DNA of 32,000 nt from NCBI RefSeq assembly GCF_900167395.1, contig NZ_FUWK01000012.1:1-32000 (forward strand). The letters run 5' to 3'. The stretch's first letter is position 1. Each line of letters opens with the position of its first letter. Below, piece after piece: positions 17,028-27,227 of this stretch. This DNA comes from Nitrosomonas europaea. Its GTDB lineage: Bacteria; Pseudomonadota; Gammaproteobacteria; Burkholderiales; Nitrosomonadaceae. The notes below the pieces were generated by a model. That model was not told where the DNA came from. It saw only the letters and a list, made by a program, of their open reading frames with translations, and made no database searches. A program made the translations under genes and the position numbers.

Positions 17028-18293
17028 CTAATAGTTCTGGCTGCGTGGCTTGATGCCCAGTGTTTTGATTTTCCGGTAAAGATGAGTGCGTTCCAGGCCG
17101 GCTCGTTCAGCAACACGAGTCATATTGCCACCTTCCTGCTCGATCAGCTTTTCAAAATAATTTTTCTCAAAGATGTCTCGTGCTTCACGCAGCGATATGT
17201 TGAGCGGAATGTCTGAAACAACGGAAACCGCTTCTCGTGAGGAAAGGGTCAGGGCCTGCTGCACAGCATCGACGGAAATTTCATCGCCGGTGCAGGTCAG
17301 TGCGAGCGAATGCACGATGCTGGTCAACTGTGCGAGATTTCCCGGCCAGTCATAATTGCGCAGGGCATTCAGTGCCGCTGTGCTGAAGTGCATGAGGGGT
17401 ATTTCTCCCGATTCGATCCAGCCTGAGAGCAGCTGACTGGCCATTTCCGGTACGTCTTCACGATGGGCCCGCAAGGGCGGGATAGTAATACAGAGGTTGC
17501 TCAGTATCTCAAACAACCTGGGATGATACGTACCTTGTGCGGTGAGCTCTGCCAAAGGACGTATCGTGGCGCACACCAGCCGGACGCCGTATTGTTCCAG
17601 TTTGCCGAGCAGCAGCAGCAGGCCTTTTTGTTCGAGCTTGCTCAGATCTCCGACTTCTCCTAGGAAGAGCAACCCGCCTTTTGCCTGTTCCAGTTGAGTC
17701 AGGGGGCTTTCAGCGAGGAATGAGCAGGATTCCGGTACTATCCAGGCCGTGTTGGGGCGATGCAGGAATCGTGCGCAATGTTCTACACCGACACCGGGTT
17801 CTCCCGTCAGCAGGACAGGGATTTTGAGATTCTCTACCTGCTCGAGTTTTTTTCTGAGTTCCGTGATCAGTCCGCTGTGCCCCAGATTGGACAGGGAAAG
17901 GGTGGGGGAGAATTTGTGCTGCTTGCCACCGCGCATGACTTGCCCGACGGTATTCAGCAGTTTCTGCAATGGGATCGGTTTTTCCAGGTAGCCGACTGCA
18001 CCGACGCGTGTGGCTTCTACTGCCGTATCGATCGTGCCATGTCCTGACATCATGACGACCGGCATGGTCAGGAGGCCGTTGTTTGCCCAGTCTTTCAGCA
18101 GTGTAATGCCATCCGTATCCGGCATCCAGATATCCAGCAGCACCAGATCAGGGCGGGTCTGGCTGCGATAATTTCTTGCCTGCTCCGCATTTTCCGCCAG
18201 CGCAACGTTATAGCCTTCATCTCCCAGTATTTCGGATAACAGTTCGCGTATTCCCAGCTCATCATCTACAACGAGAATCGTGTTATTGGCCAT
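17028..18293 (-). CDS. ntrX: NtrX-type response regulator (receiver, degenerate AAA+ domain, Fis-type HTH)
   Basis: The receiver domain is intact (VVDDE, LLDIWMPD, MMSGHG, LEKP). The central domain resembles NtrC but its motifs are degenerate (see findings). C-terminal HTH: GGNMTRVAERAGLERTHLYRKIK. Lies downstream of ntrY. Confidence 0.85.
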   Translation of the reverse strand: MANNTILVVDDELGIRELLSEILGDEGYNVALAENAEQARNYRSQTRPDLVLLDIWMPDTDGITLLKDWANNGLLTMPVVMMSGHGTIDTAVEATRVGAVGYLEKPIPLQKLLNTVGQVMRGGKQHKFSPTLSLSNLGHSGLITELRKKLEQVENLKIPVLLTGEPGVGVEHCARFLHRPNTAWIVPESCSFLAESPLTQLEQAKGGLLFLGEVGDLSKLEQKGLLLLLGKLEQYGVRLVCATIRPLAELTAQGTYHPRLFEILSNLCITIPPLRAHREDVPEMASQLLSGWIESGEIPLMHFSTAALNALRNYDWPGNLAQLTSIVHSLALTCTGDEISVDAVQQALTLSSREAVSVVSDIPLNISLREARDIFEKNYFEKLIEQEGGNMTRVAERAGLERTHLYRKIKTLGIKPRSQNY

Positions 18294-18534
18294 GTGATCC
18301 TTGTCCTTTTTCTATAACCGGAATGTGAGTTTTCAACATTTCAGCTGGAGTGTTACCCTGAAATTTGCGTCGTTTGAGATCTTTGGTTCTGTTGTCGATC
18401 ATCGGGTATTTCTGACAGAACGGCTGGTTCTGTCATTGTGCCTTGCATGTTTTCTGTGTGCAAAACTTTGTAACTGTACCCATTCAATTGATTTGCTCCT
18501 CCCTATACGGCAATGATCAACCTGGCCTTCAGAT

Positions 18535-20706
18535 TCAGGCAGTTTTGGTTGAGGGTTGCGGGGTACTGCAGGGTAAAGCAGGCAGGGTAATTGAAATCTG
18601 GGCACCATGAGGCTGGATGTTTTGTATTTTGATCGTGCCGCTGTGCTCATCCACGATTTTCTTGACGATTGGCAACCCCAGGCCGGTTCCTCTCGGTTTG
18701 GTCGTGACATAAGGTTCAAAGGCATGTGCTCTGACTTGCTCCGGGAATCCCTTGCCGTTGTCGATCACACTCAGCTCGATACCGTTGCTCACGGATCGGG
18801 TCTGCACGGTAATTCTGGCATCTTCCATGCCGGTCAGAGCGTCCTGCGCATTCTGTAACAGGTTATGTATGACCTGCCGTAATCTTGCCGGATCTCCCCG
18901 AACAGGAGAAATTTCTCCCGCCAGTTCCAGGGTAATGGGAGGTTGCGGTGATTCATTCTCAGTATTGTCGCTCATCTGGTAAAGCGCCAGTACTTCCCGC
19001 ACCAAACGATTGACATCCACCTGGCACAGTTCGAGCTCGGGCACACGTGCATACTCCCGGAATTCATTCACCATTCTTTTTAGTGCCTCGACCTGGCTGA
19101 CGATCGTTTCGGTGGAACGTTTCAGTATTTTTGCATCCGGTTCGTCAAGTTTGCTGACCAGCTTGTGCTGCAGGCGTTCGGCGGATAACTGGATCGGAGT
19201 GAGCGGGTTTTTGATTTCGTGTGCCAGGCGCCGCGCTACTTCTCCCCATGCCACGGTACGCTGGACCTGCAACAGGCTGGTAATGTCATCGAATACCACC
19301 ACGCCACCGCCACCGGATGCCTGGGGCAGACGGGAGCCACGCAGCAACAGAACCTGTTCCTTGTCTGCAGTGAAGTGCAATACCTGTCGCTGCCATTCAC
19401 CGGCTTCCTCGGAATCGAAGCCACCTCTTATTTCGGCGGCCAGTAACCTCAATCCTGATTCCTGCTCGGCACATTCTTCCATGGTCAGCCCTTCGAAACT
19501 GATCAGTGGAATCTGCAATATCTGCTCGGCGCTCTGGTTGACTGCACGTATTCTCAATGCTTTATCAAAGACGATGACACCTGATGACAGATTGGCCAGA
19601 ATATTTTCAAGATAGGCGCGCGCGTTCTCGACTTCCTGCTGGTGCTGCTGTGCGATTGTACGTGCGGCTGCCAGTTGCTCGGTCATGAGGTTGAACGATT
19701 CCGTCAGGATACCGAATTCATCCGTACTGTGAACCTGGTGTCGCCGGCTGAAATCGCCCTGCGCCACCGCACGGGTTCCTTCGGCCAGCAACCCCAGTGG
19801 AGCACTCAGTTTTTCACTGATCAGGAAAGCACAGGCGAGTGCCGAAAACAATGCCAGCAGCAAAGCGAGGGTCAGCGTGGCGCTGTACAGCCGTGTCAGT
19901 CCCTGGCGGGACAACATCAATTCCTGATAATCACTGAAACCGGCCTGAACTATCTCGGCATTGCGTGCAATGGAGGGGGGTACACGCTGCAGCACCTGTA
20001 ATACCCGGATATCTTCTTCAGCGCTCAGTACATTGACCGGAACGAGTACCCGCAAGTACAGGGTATTATCGGCGAGCGTTTCGACTGCGCTGTAGTTTTT
20101 CTGCATCCGGATATGCCGCATTGCTTCCGTATTGGGGATCTCAGGAAACAGTACGGCATCATCCAGGCTGGTGAAGGCAATGACTTTTCCCTCCTGATTG
20201 AACAGGGTGGCTTCCTGGATCTGGGACTGGATCAGAAGCTGATTCAGGACAGTCAGAGGGAACGATGCCGGTTCTGCCAGATCGAGTGCGGCTACCTGTG
20301 CTTTTTTCTGCAATTCTTCCAGCAGGTTGTCCAGTACCGTTTGACCCAGTGTCAGGCCACCTTCCAGCGCTCGATCCACCTTGACGTCGAACCAGGATTC
20401 GATACTTTTTTCCAGAAACTGTACTGAGATACTGTAAATCAGCACACCGGGAAGGATTGCCATCAGTGAAAACACCATCAGAAGCCGCAGCGCCAGTTTA
20501 GAACCGAATTCACCCGTTTTGAGACGGCGTCGTAACCGCCCGAGCAGGAACCCCACGACCCCGATCAGGAGCAGCAGGAAAATTGTGATGCTGACGATCA
20601 GCCAGCGATAATGACGCTCGAAGAATTCAGTATTGGCTCCGGCTGAAGCCAACAGGTACAGCATGACGGCACTCAACCCTGCGACTACGAAAATAACGTA
20701 TTTCAT
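18535..20706 (-). CDS. ntrY: NtrY-type sensor histidine kinase
   Basis: 723 aa with N-terminal TM helices, HAMP and PAS regions and the H-box VARRLAHEIKNPLTPIQLSAERL. ATPase boxes are present (HNLLQNAQDA, DNGKGF, GTGLGLPIVKKI). Confidence 0.9.
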   Translation of the reverse strand: MKYVIFVVAGLSAVMLYLLASAGANTEFFERHYRWLIVSITIFLLLLIGVVGFLLGRLRRRLKTGEFGSKLALRLLMVFSLMAILPGVLIYSISVQFLEKSIESWFDVKVDRALEGGLTLGQTVLDNLLEELQKKAQVAALDLAEPASFPLTVLNQLLIQSQIQEATLFNQEGKVIAFTSLDDAVLFPEIPNTEAMRHIRMQKNYSAVETLADNTLYLRVLVPVNVLSAEEDIRVLQVLQRVPPSIARNAEIVQAGFSDYQELMLSRQGLTRLYSATLTLALLLALFSALACAFLISEKLSAPLGLLAEGTRAVAQGDFSRRHQVHSTDEFGILTESFNLMTEQLAAARTIAQQHQQEVENARAYLENILANLSSGVIVFDKALRIRAVNQSAEQILQIPLISFEGLTMEECAEQESGLRLLAAEIRGGFDSEEAGEWQRQVLHFTADKEQVLLLRGSRLPQASGGGGVVVFDDITSLLQVQRTVAWGEVARRLAHEIKNPLTPIQLSAERLQHKLVSKLDEPDAKILKRSTETIVSQVEALKRMVNEFREYARVPELELCQVDVNRLVREVLALYQMSDNTENESPQPPITLELAGEISPVRGDPARLRQVIHNLLQNAQDALTGMEDARITVQTRSVSNGIELSVIDNGKGFPEQVRAHAFEPYVTTKPRGTGLGLPIVKKIVDEHSGTIKIQNIQPHGAQISITLPALPCSTPQPSTKTA

Positions 20707-20717
20707 AAACCGGTTTT

Positions 20718-21368
20718 CTAATGAAGGCCAGACTCATTGCCGGCATCAGATGCAGGCGGAAATTTGATCTGCCAGATTTTTCTTTGGGAGCTGAGACTCC
20801 AGTCCTCGGTATCGAGCCACTCCAGTTGAAAAGGTTTGGATAAACGTGAGATGTCCAGCCATATCTGTAGAATAGCCGTATAGGTGGTGTCGGGCAGGAG
20901 GGGTTGATTCTCCCTGATCAGCATATCCGGCTGGTGTCCCAACGCCTGTAATGCGGCTTTCAGTGTTGGAAAATTGCGTGGCTGCCCGTGCTGAGTCAAC
21001 CGATACTGTCTGGTCAGTGCCTGATAGCTGAGTTCGATTCTTTCCTTGGAACGGGCGACTTCTTCATCCAGCCAGTACCAGCGTGGTTTCATGATCAGAA
21101 GCCGGGTGACGAAATAAAGATCGACTCCTTTTTTAAGAGCCTGCTTCATCGTTCTGCTCAGATCGATGTTGGCTTCGACATCGATCTGAAAACTTTCGCC
21201 GGATTTTCTGACATGGAAGGATTCGATTTCTATATGTCCTTTTTCGGCGGCAAGGGTGGCAGGCGACAGCAGCATGACCAGCAATAAAAATATCAGGTTG
21301 CGCCAGGGGCGCCTGATAGTGGCAAACAGGTCAGTTTTTCCGGAATAAAGCATAAAAGAAGCCATCAT
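20718..21368 (-). CDS. DUF4390-like secreted protein conserved between rsmB and ntrY
   Basis: The long track ORF (to 21545) overlaps rsmB by more than 200 nt. The likely start is one of the ATGs at 21368, 21365 or 21353, giving a signal-like N-terminus (...LIFLLLVMLLSPATLAAE). The family call comes from the conserved rsmB-X-ntrY-ntrX position and was not checked by search. Confidence 0.55.
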   Translation of the reverse strand: MMASFMLYSGKTDLFATIRRPWRNLIFLLLVMLLSPATLAAEKGHIEIESFHVRKSGESFQIDVEANIDLSRTMKQALKKGVDLYFVTRLLIMKPRWYWLDEEVARSKERIELSYQALTRQYRLTQHGQPRNFPTLKAALQALGHQPDMLIRENQPLLPDTTYTAILQIWLDISRLSKPFQLEWLDTEDWSLSSQRKIWQIKFPPASDAGNESGLH

Positions 21369-22611
21369 GATGTGATCCCGGCAGTAACTGGCCACGGCCG
21401 AGCATCCCGTGAGAACAGGGCAATCTGCTGGCATCCTCGTGAGTCGTGAGGAATTTGTCGGCAACTGCATCGTTTTCTTCATTGAACACTGAGCAGGTGA
21501 CGTACAACAGCTTTCCTCCACGTTGCAGTAGTGGCCACAGCCCATTCAATATCGCCGTTTGTGTCTGAGCGAAGTGATCGATATCTTCAGGTCTTCTGAG
21601 CCATTTGATGTCCGGGTGGCGGCTGATCACGCCCGAAGCCGAGCACGGAACATCGGCCAGGATTCGATCATACAGTTGACCATCCCACCAGTGTGACGGA
21701 CTCATTGCGTCACCACATACCAGCTGGTAACCGGCTATTTTCAAGCGGGAGAAATTTTCTTTCAACCTGGCGAGCCGGTCTTCCTGTTTATCCAGTACGG
21801 TTAATTCAATGTTCTCGGCCAGTTCGGCGAGATGAGTGCTTTTGCCGCCCGGCGCTGCACAGGCATCCAGTACACGCATACCTGCTTCGACATCCAGCAG
21901 GGGAGCGGCAAATTGTGCACCGGCATCCTGCACGGTGACCAGTCCTTCGGAGAATCCCGGTAATTTCTCCACGGCGACCGGTCTGGAAAGCCGCAAGGCA
22001 GTATCCCACAGCCATTCGGAGTCGATATTCTGCGCATCCAGCATTGCCTGATAGTGGTCGACCGAAGTGCGCAACCGGTTGACACGCAAAATCATGGCGG
22101 GGTGTTCATTGCCCGCGAGCAGTATGGCCTCGTAATCCTGTGGGTATTGCTGACGCAGTTTGTCGATCCACCATTGCGGATAGGAATAGCGGGCGATGTC
22201 GTCGTTTCTGATCTGATCCGGCAGAGAAGTGCGCTTACGCATGAAATTGCGCAGTACGGCATTGACCAGTCCTGATACCGCGGGATTGCGTGTGATTTTC
22301 CGCGAAGATGAAACTGCATGATCGACGATGGCATGTGCCGGTGCCTTGCTGTAACGAAGCTGATACAGAGCGACGGCCAGCAGGTAATGAAGCTGTTTGT
22401 CCTGCACCGGTTTGTTCAGTAATTTGTGGAGAATGGCATCGAGTTGCCCGTAATGGCGGAGCACGCCATAAGCAATATCCTGAATGGCACCACGCTGCTG
22501 AGGGGTGAGATGGGAACCGGTCTGCCAGATATTGCGTAATACTTCGGTCAGATTGGCACCAGCGAAAACTTCCCTGATCGCCTGCACAGCCAGTAATTGA
22601 ACTTCGATCAT
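21331..22611 (-). CDS. rsmB: 16S rRNA (cytosine967-C5)-methyltransferase
   Basis: N-terminal NusB-like region, SAM-binding site VLDACAAPGGKST, and catalytic cysteines in DVPCSASGV and YVTCS. Its ATG overlaps the fmt stop (ATGA). Confidence 0.92.
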   Translation of the reverse strand: MIEVQLLAVQAIREVFAGANLTEVLRNIWQTGSHLTPQQRGAIQDIAYGVLRHYGQLDAILHKLLNKPVQDKQLHYLLAVALYQLRYSKAPAHAIVDHAVSSSRKITRNPAVSGLVNAVLRNFMRKRTSLPDQIRNDDIARYSYPQWWIDKLRQQYPQDYEAILLAGNEHPAMILRVNRLRTSVDHYQAMLDAQNIDSEWLWDTALRLSRPVAVEKLPGFSEGLVTVQDAGAQFAAPLLDVEAGMRVLDACAAPGGKSTHLAELAENIELTVLDKQEDRLARLKENFSRLKIAGYQLVCGDAMSPSHWWDGQLYDRILADVPCSASGVISRHPDIKWLRRPEDIDHFAQTQTAILNGLWPLLQRGGKLLYVTCSVFNEENDAVADKFLTTHEDASRLPCSHGMLGRGQLLPGSHHDGFFYALFRKN

Positions 22612-23582
22612 GTTTCAGAGGCGCCCTGGTTATCCTGTGTCGCCTTATGGAAACTTTCCCCGGGGTGTAGCGGGTGTCCGGCAAGGAATTGTGCAGCGGT
22701 CAGTTTTTTTCCGCCTGCTTTTTGCAGGATATCGATGGATAAAGCATCACGGCCGCATGCAACCACGATGCCATCAGGATCGACAGTGATGATTTTCCCA
22801 GCCTGATGAGAGCTATTGTGATTGACGTGGCTGACGATACGAGCTTGCCACAGTTTGATCGTGTTTCCCTGCAGATGGGTAAATGCACCGGGGTGCGGGT
22901 CGAATGTCCGGATCATCCGGTCGATATATGCCGCATCGCATGTCCAGTCGATTTCGGCCTCAATTTTCCGTATTTTTGCCGCGTAACAGGCGTCCACCTC
23001 ATTCTGCGGCTCAGAGATGAGTCTGCCCTGATCCAGTAATGTCAAGGCTTCGACGATACATTTGCCACCGAGGTCAGCCAGTTTGTCATGCAGGGTCGCC
23101 GTCGTATCGTACGGTTCAATGGGGAGCGACCGTTTCAGCAGGACTGCTCCGGTATCCAGTCCCTGATTCATCTGCATGATGGAGATGCCGGTTTCTGTAT
23201 CACCTTCCAGCAGGGCGCGCTGAATGGGCGCAGCGCCCCGCCAGCGCGGCAGCAGGGATGCATGAATGTTGATACAGCCATGACGGGGGATGCGCAATAC
23301 CGCCTCCGGCAGCAGCAATCCGTAGGCTGCGACGATCATTACATCAGGTTTGAATGTGGCGAGTTGTGCCTGTATGTCTGACGATTTCAGCGTTTCCGGC
23401 TGTAACAGCGGGATATCATATTGCTGTGCCAGTATTTTGACCGGGCTTGCCTGCATTTTCATGCCGCGTCCGGCTGGCCGGTCCGGTTGAGTCAGGGTGA
23501 GGACGATATCGAGTCCTGCTTTCTGCAACTCCTCCAGCGCTCTGGCCGCGAAGTCCGGTGTACCTGCAAAAATGATTCTCAT
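22608..23582 (-). CDS. fmt: Methionyl-tRNA formyltransferase
   Basis: Motifs MRIIFAGTPDFA and INIHASLLPRWRGAAPIQRA are present, and it keeps def-fmt synteny. Confidence 0.95.
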   Translation of the reverse strand: MRIIFAGTPDFAARALEELQKAGLDIVLTLTQPDRPAGRGMKMQASPVKILAQQYDIPLLQPETLKSSDIQAQLATFKPDVMIVAAYGLLLPEAVLRIPRHGCINIHASLLPRWRGAAPIQRALLEGDTETGISIMQMNQGLDTGAVLLKRSLPIEPYDTTATLHDKLADLGGKCIVEALTLLDQGRLISEPQNEVDACYAAKIRKIEAEIDWTCDAAYIDRMIRTFDPHPGAFTHLQGNTIKLWQARIVSHVNHNSSHQAGKIITVDPDGIVVACGRDALSIDILQKAGGKKLTAAQFLAGHPLHPGESFHKATQDNQGASET

Positions 23583-23643
23583 GCGTGACGGTGTTCGCTG
23601 GATGAATGTGAGTTACCGGAGCAGGAACACTGGCTGAATCCGA

Positions 23644-24150
23644 TCAGGCAATTTGCCTGCGCGCCTGTTTTTTCAGCTTGCTCAGAATGCGGGATTGCTT
23701 GAAGGGTGACAGGTATTCGACAAATACTTTTCCCATGAGATGATCCATTTCGTGCTGGATACAAACTGCCAGCAGCCCGGATGCGTCCATTTCAAAGGAT
23801 TTTCCATCAATGCCGGTTGCCCGGACGGTAACTTCCTCGGCACGGGTGACCTTGTCAAAAATACCGGGTACCGAGAGGCACCCTTCCTGTGTTTCCGCGT
23901 TTCCGCTGCTGGCGATGATCTCCGGATTGATCAGCACCAGCAGCTCATCGCGGGTTTCGGAGACATCGATGACGATTATCCGCTGGTGGACATCCACCTG
24001 GGTAGCCGCCAAACCTATACCTGGTGCGGCGTACATGGTTTCGGCCATGTTACTGACCAGAGTGCGTATTTCCCGGGTGATGGAGGGCACTTCGGTTGCA
24101 ATCTTGTGCAATCGTTCATCGGGGTAGCGGAGTATGTTCAGAATTGCCAT
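23644..24150 (-). CDS. def: Peptide deformylase
   Basis: Start taken at [14 protein letters not shown] (ATG 24150). All three signature motifs are present: [17 protein letters not shown] and QHEMDHL. Confidence 0.95.
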   Translation of the reverse strand: MAILNILRYPDERLHKIATEVPSITREIRTLVSNMAETMYAAPGIGLAATQVDVHQRIIVIDVSETRDELLVLINPEIIASSGNAETQEGCLSVPGIFDKVTRAEEVTVRATGIDGKSFEMDASGLLAVCIQHEMDHLMGKVFVEYLSPFKQSRILSKLKKQARRQIA

Positions 24151-24311
24151 AACAAATTTGCATAATTCGGATACTAGGATTCTGGGAAGCGGTTCTATCA
24201 TTGTGCACCGGCCGATTTTCTGACTAACCCGGTGTTCTGTCCAGTCCGGTAAGGCTTGTGATGACAGATTGCCTTACTTTTCGGGTATTTCGATGGAGAT
24301 GAAGAACCCTT

Positions 24312-25340
24312 ATGCGCACTTTGACAATTATATCCGTGATTTTGTTTACCAGTCTGTTTTCTGGTCTGTCTTTCTCAGCTGGCGAAATCGGATTGCGGGA
24401 TGACATTCCGGATCGCTACCAGGTCGTTCCTGGTGATACGCTCTGGGGAATAGCCTCCCGCTTTCTCAAGGAGCCCTGGCGCTGGCCGGAAATCTGGCAG
24501 ATGAACCGGGGGCAGATCAGGAATCCGCATCGGATTTATCCTGGAGATGTCATCATCATCGAAAACACCCGGTATGGTAAGCGCCTGAGAATGGCGAGTG
24601 AGAAGGGTGTCGTCAGGCTCTCCCCTCGGATTCGTGCCGAGGAATCGGCTATGCGGGCTATTCCCGTTATTCCGGCTGCAAAAATCGAGCCTTTTCTGAA
24701 TCAGCCACTGGTCATCGAAAAAGGCAAACTGGATAGAGCACCTGTGATACTCGGGGCGAGTGACGATCGTGTGATTCTGAGTACCGGTGACAAGGTTTAT
24801 GTGGGTGACCTGCCTGCCGATCAGGGCGTGATCTGGCAGGTATTTCGCAATGGGAAAGCACTGACCGACCCTGACTACGATAACCGTATCCTTGGTTACG
24901 AAGCCGTTTATCTGGGAACGGTCGAAATCACCGATTTTGCAGTGATCAGTACGGCGAAGATTTCCCGTTCCGTGCAGGAGATCCTGAAAGGTGATCGCCT
25001 GTTGCCGCTTTCATCTGCCAGAATCGATGATTATCTGCCGCATGCACCTGATTTTCCGGTAACGGCCCGGATCATTTCAGTCTATGGCGGTGTGAACGAG
25101 ATCGGGGAAAATATGATTGTGACGCTCAATCAGGGTAGTCACGACCGGATCGAGCCTGGACACGTGCTTGCTGTTTATCGCAAGAATGATATACGGTCGC
25201 ACGAGGGAAAGCCGGTCAGTCTCCCGGATGAACGTATTGGCCTGGCGCTGGTTTTTCGTGTATTCGATACAGTTTCCTACGCGCTGATCATGCAGAGCAC
25301 TCAGGCGATCAAGGTGATGGATGCCGTGAAAACTCCCTGA
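24312..25340 (+). CDS. LysM-domain periplasmic protein
   Basis: Signal peptide (MRTLTIISVILFTSLFSGLSFSA) followed by a LysM motif (YQVVPGDTLWGIASRFL...W..IW..N...I.NP..IYPGD). Divergent from def and upstream of dprA, as in many proteobacteria. Confidence 0.85.
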   Translation: MRTLTIISVILFTSLFSGLSFSAGEIGLRDDIPDRYQVVPGDTLWGIASRFLKEPWRWPEIWQMNRGQIRNPHRIYPGDVIIIENTRYGKRLRMASEKGVVRLSPRIRAEESAMRAIPVIPAAKIEPFLNQPLVIEKGKLDRAPVILGASDDRVILSTGDKVYVGDLPADQGVIWQVFRNGKALTDPDYDNRILGYEAVYLGTVEITDFAVISTAKISRSVQEILKGDRLLPLSSARIDDYLPHAPDFPVTARIISVYGGVNEIGENMIVTLNQGSHDRIEPGHVLAVYRKNDIRSHEGKPVSLPDERIGLALVFRVFDTVSYALIMQSTQAIKVMDAVKTP

Positions 25341-25430
25341 CAAGGTACAGCAAAGTTACTATACTCGCCCTTTTGTCTACCGTTACTCAGAAAATCAACC
25401 TTCGGATTCCGGAAGCCAGGTAGTCATCAG

Positions 25431-26561
25431 GTGAGTTTTTCTTCTATGCAGATCGATCAGGATATCGAATCCTGGCTGCGCCTTGGCCTGACTGAAGGCG
25501 TGGGAGGAGGTGCTTTGCGCCGGCTGCTGATTGCCTTTGGTGATCCGGCCAGGGTACTCGCTGCCAGTCGGCCTGCGCTCGAAGGCGTCGTAAAAAAACC
25601 GGTTGCCACCAGCATTTTTCTCCGCAAGGTGGATGAAGAGAGACTGGCCAGGACCATCAAATGGCTGGAAGATCCTCTCAATTCACTGATTACACTGGCA
25701 GATTCGGATTACCCGAAGCTTCTGCTCAATATATCCGATCCTCCTCCCATACTTTATTTCAAGGGTCAACGGCAATTCCTGGCGCAGCCGGCAATGGCAA
25801 TGGTCGGCAGTCGTAATGCGACACCACAGGGGCTTGCAAATGCCGATGCCTTTGCCGAGGCTGCCAGTAACGCAGGATTTTGCATCATCAGCGGTCTGGC
25901 GCAGGGTATCGATACGGCCGCCCATCAGGGAGGATTGCGTGGCGCATCTTCCAGTATGGCCATTGTCGGAACCGGACTTGATCTTGTCTATCCATCGAGA
26001 AACCATGAGCTTGCTCATAAACTGGCAAATGAAGGCGGGTTGATTTCAGAGTTTCCGCTGGGGACGCCAGCCATAAGCCGGAATTTTCCACGCAGAAACC
26101 GTATCATCAGTGGCATGTGTCATGCCTGTCTGGTTGTGGAAGCCACGCTGTACAGCGGATCGCTGATTACCGCCAGACTGGCACTGGAACAGGGGCGCGA
26201 AGTGATGGCGATACCCGGTTCCATTCATTCCCCTTTGTCAAAGGGCTGTCATGCACTGATCAAACAGGGGGCAAAACTGGTCGAGAATATTCAGGATATT
26301 CTGGATGAGCTGCACTACCAGCCCCAGCCTGTGCCGCGATTTGAATCTGTTGCGGATGAGGGTGGCGGGACAGGTGTACTAACGGGGGAGGGCGATGATA
26401 CCGGGCTACTGATGTATTTTAGCTACGATTCCACCGATATTGATACACTTTGCGCGCGCAGTGGCTTGACGGTTGAAACAGTATCCGCCATGCTATTGGG
26501 CTTGGAGCTGGAAGGCAGGATAGGCAGCCTTCCTGGGGGGAAGTATCAGCGTATCCGTTGA
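25431..26561 (+). CDS. dprA: DNA-processing protein DprA (Smf)
   Basis: Motifs VGSR.AT..G, SGLA.GID..AH.G and YSGSLITARLALEQGREVMAIPG are present. The start is GTG 25431 or ATG 25446. Confidence 0.9.
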   Translation: MSFSSMQIDQDIESWLRLGLTEGVGGGALRRLLIAFGDPARVLAASRPALEGVVKKPVATSIFLRKVDEERLARTIKWLEDPLNSLITLADSDYPKLLLNISDPPPILYFKGQRQFLAQPAMAMVGSRNATPQGLANADAFAEAASNAGFCIISGLAQGIDTAAHQGGLRGASSSMAIVGTGLDLVYPSRNHELAHKLANEGGLISEFPLGTPAISRNFPRRNRIISGMCHACLVVEATLYSGSLITARLALEQGREVMAIPGSIHSPLSKGCHALIKQGAKLVENIQDILDELHYQPQPVPRFESVADEGGGTGVLTGEGDDTGLLMYFSYDSTDIDTLCARSGLTVETVSAMLLGLELEGRIGSLPGGKYQRIR

Positions 26562-26641
26562 TTCAGTGGGTATCAGGCTATAATCACCGCCCTGTTAAGT
26601 GTCTTATAGTGGTTTTAATCCAGAATCACAGTGCAGAAACT

Positions 26642-27100
26642 ATGTTCGATATTCTCGTTTATTTATTTGAAAATTATTTCGATGCCGGAAATTGTCCGGA
26701 TTCTGCCACGCTGACACGAAAACTGACCATGGCTGGCTTTGATGACGAGGAAATCACGCTGGCGCTCGACTGGTTGTCTGATCTTTCCCGCCATGATGAA
26801 GAAGGCTATCTGGCCGGGTTGGCAGAAAGTGATTCAATGCGCCATTTTACTGAAGAGGAAATGGAGATCATCGATACGGAAGGGCGCGGGTTCATTTTCT
26901 TCCTTGAACAGGCGGGTGTCATCAATCCTTTACAGCGTGAATTACTGATTGATCGGGTCATCCGTATGGATGGCGATACTGCCAGTATAGAAAAAATAAA
27001 ACTGGTGGTACTGTTTGATCTTTGGATTCAGAACCAGTTGACTGACCGCAGTATCGTTGAGGGGTTGTTCGTAGTCAGTGATTCTCACCAGCGGCACTGA
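26642..27100 (+). CDS. smg: Smg protein (DUF494)
   Basis: Start taken at MFDILVYLFENY (ATG 26642). 152 aa in the conserved dprA-smg-topoisomerase position. Confidence 0.85.
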   Translation: MFDILVYLFENYFDAGNCPDSATLTRKLTMAGFDDEEITLALDWLSDLSRHDEEGYLAGLAESDSMRHFTEEEMEIIDTEGRGFIFFLEQAGVINPLQRELLIDRVIRMDGDTASIEKIKLVVLFDLWIQNQLTDRSIVEGLFVVSDSHQRH

Positions 27101-27227
27101 TCCCTCGCAGACATTCCTTCCTGATCCATTAATAAATAATTGATTCCCGGTAAGCCGGGTAGTTTGATCGACTGACGCAGCCTGCTCGTCAGTTGCCCGC
27201 TGCGTCTGCAGTAGCATGTAAATATCT

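Noticed and set aside
21369-21545. N-terminal extension of track ORF 20718-21545
   Set aside because: The extension lies fully inside the 3' end of rsmB in another frame and is Cys/Ser-rich. An internal ATG just before a signal-like sequence is a better start.
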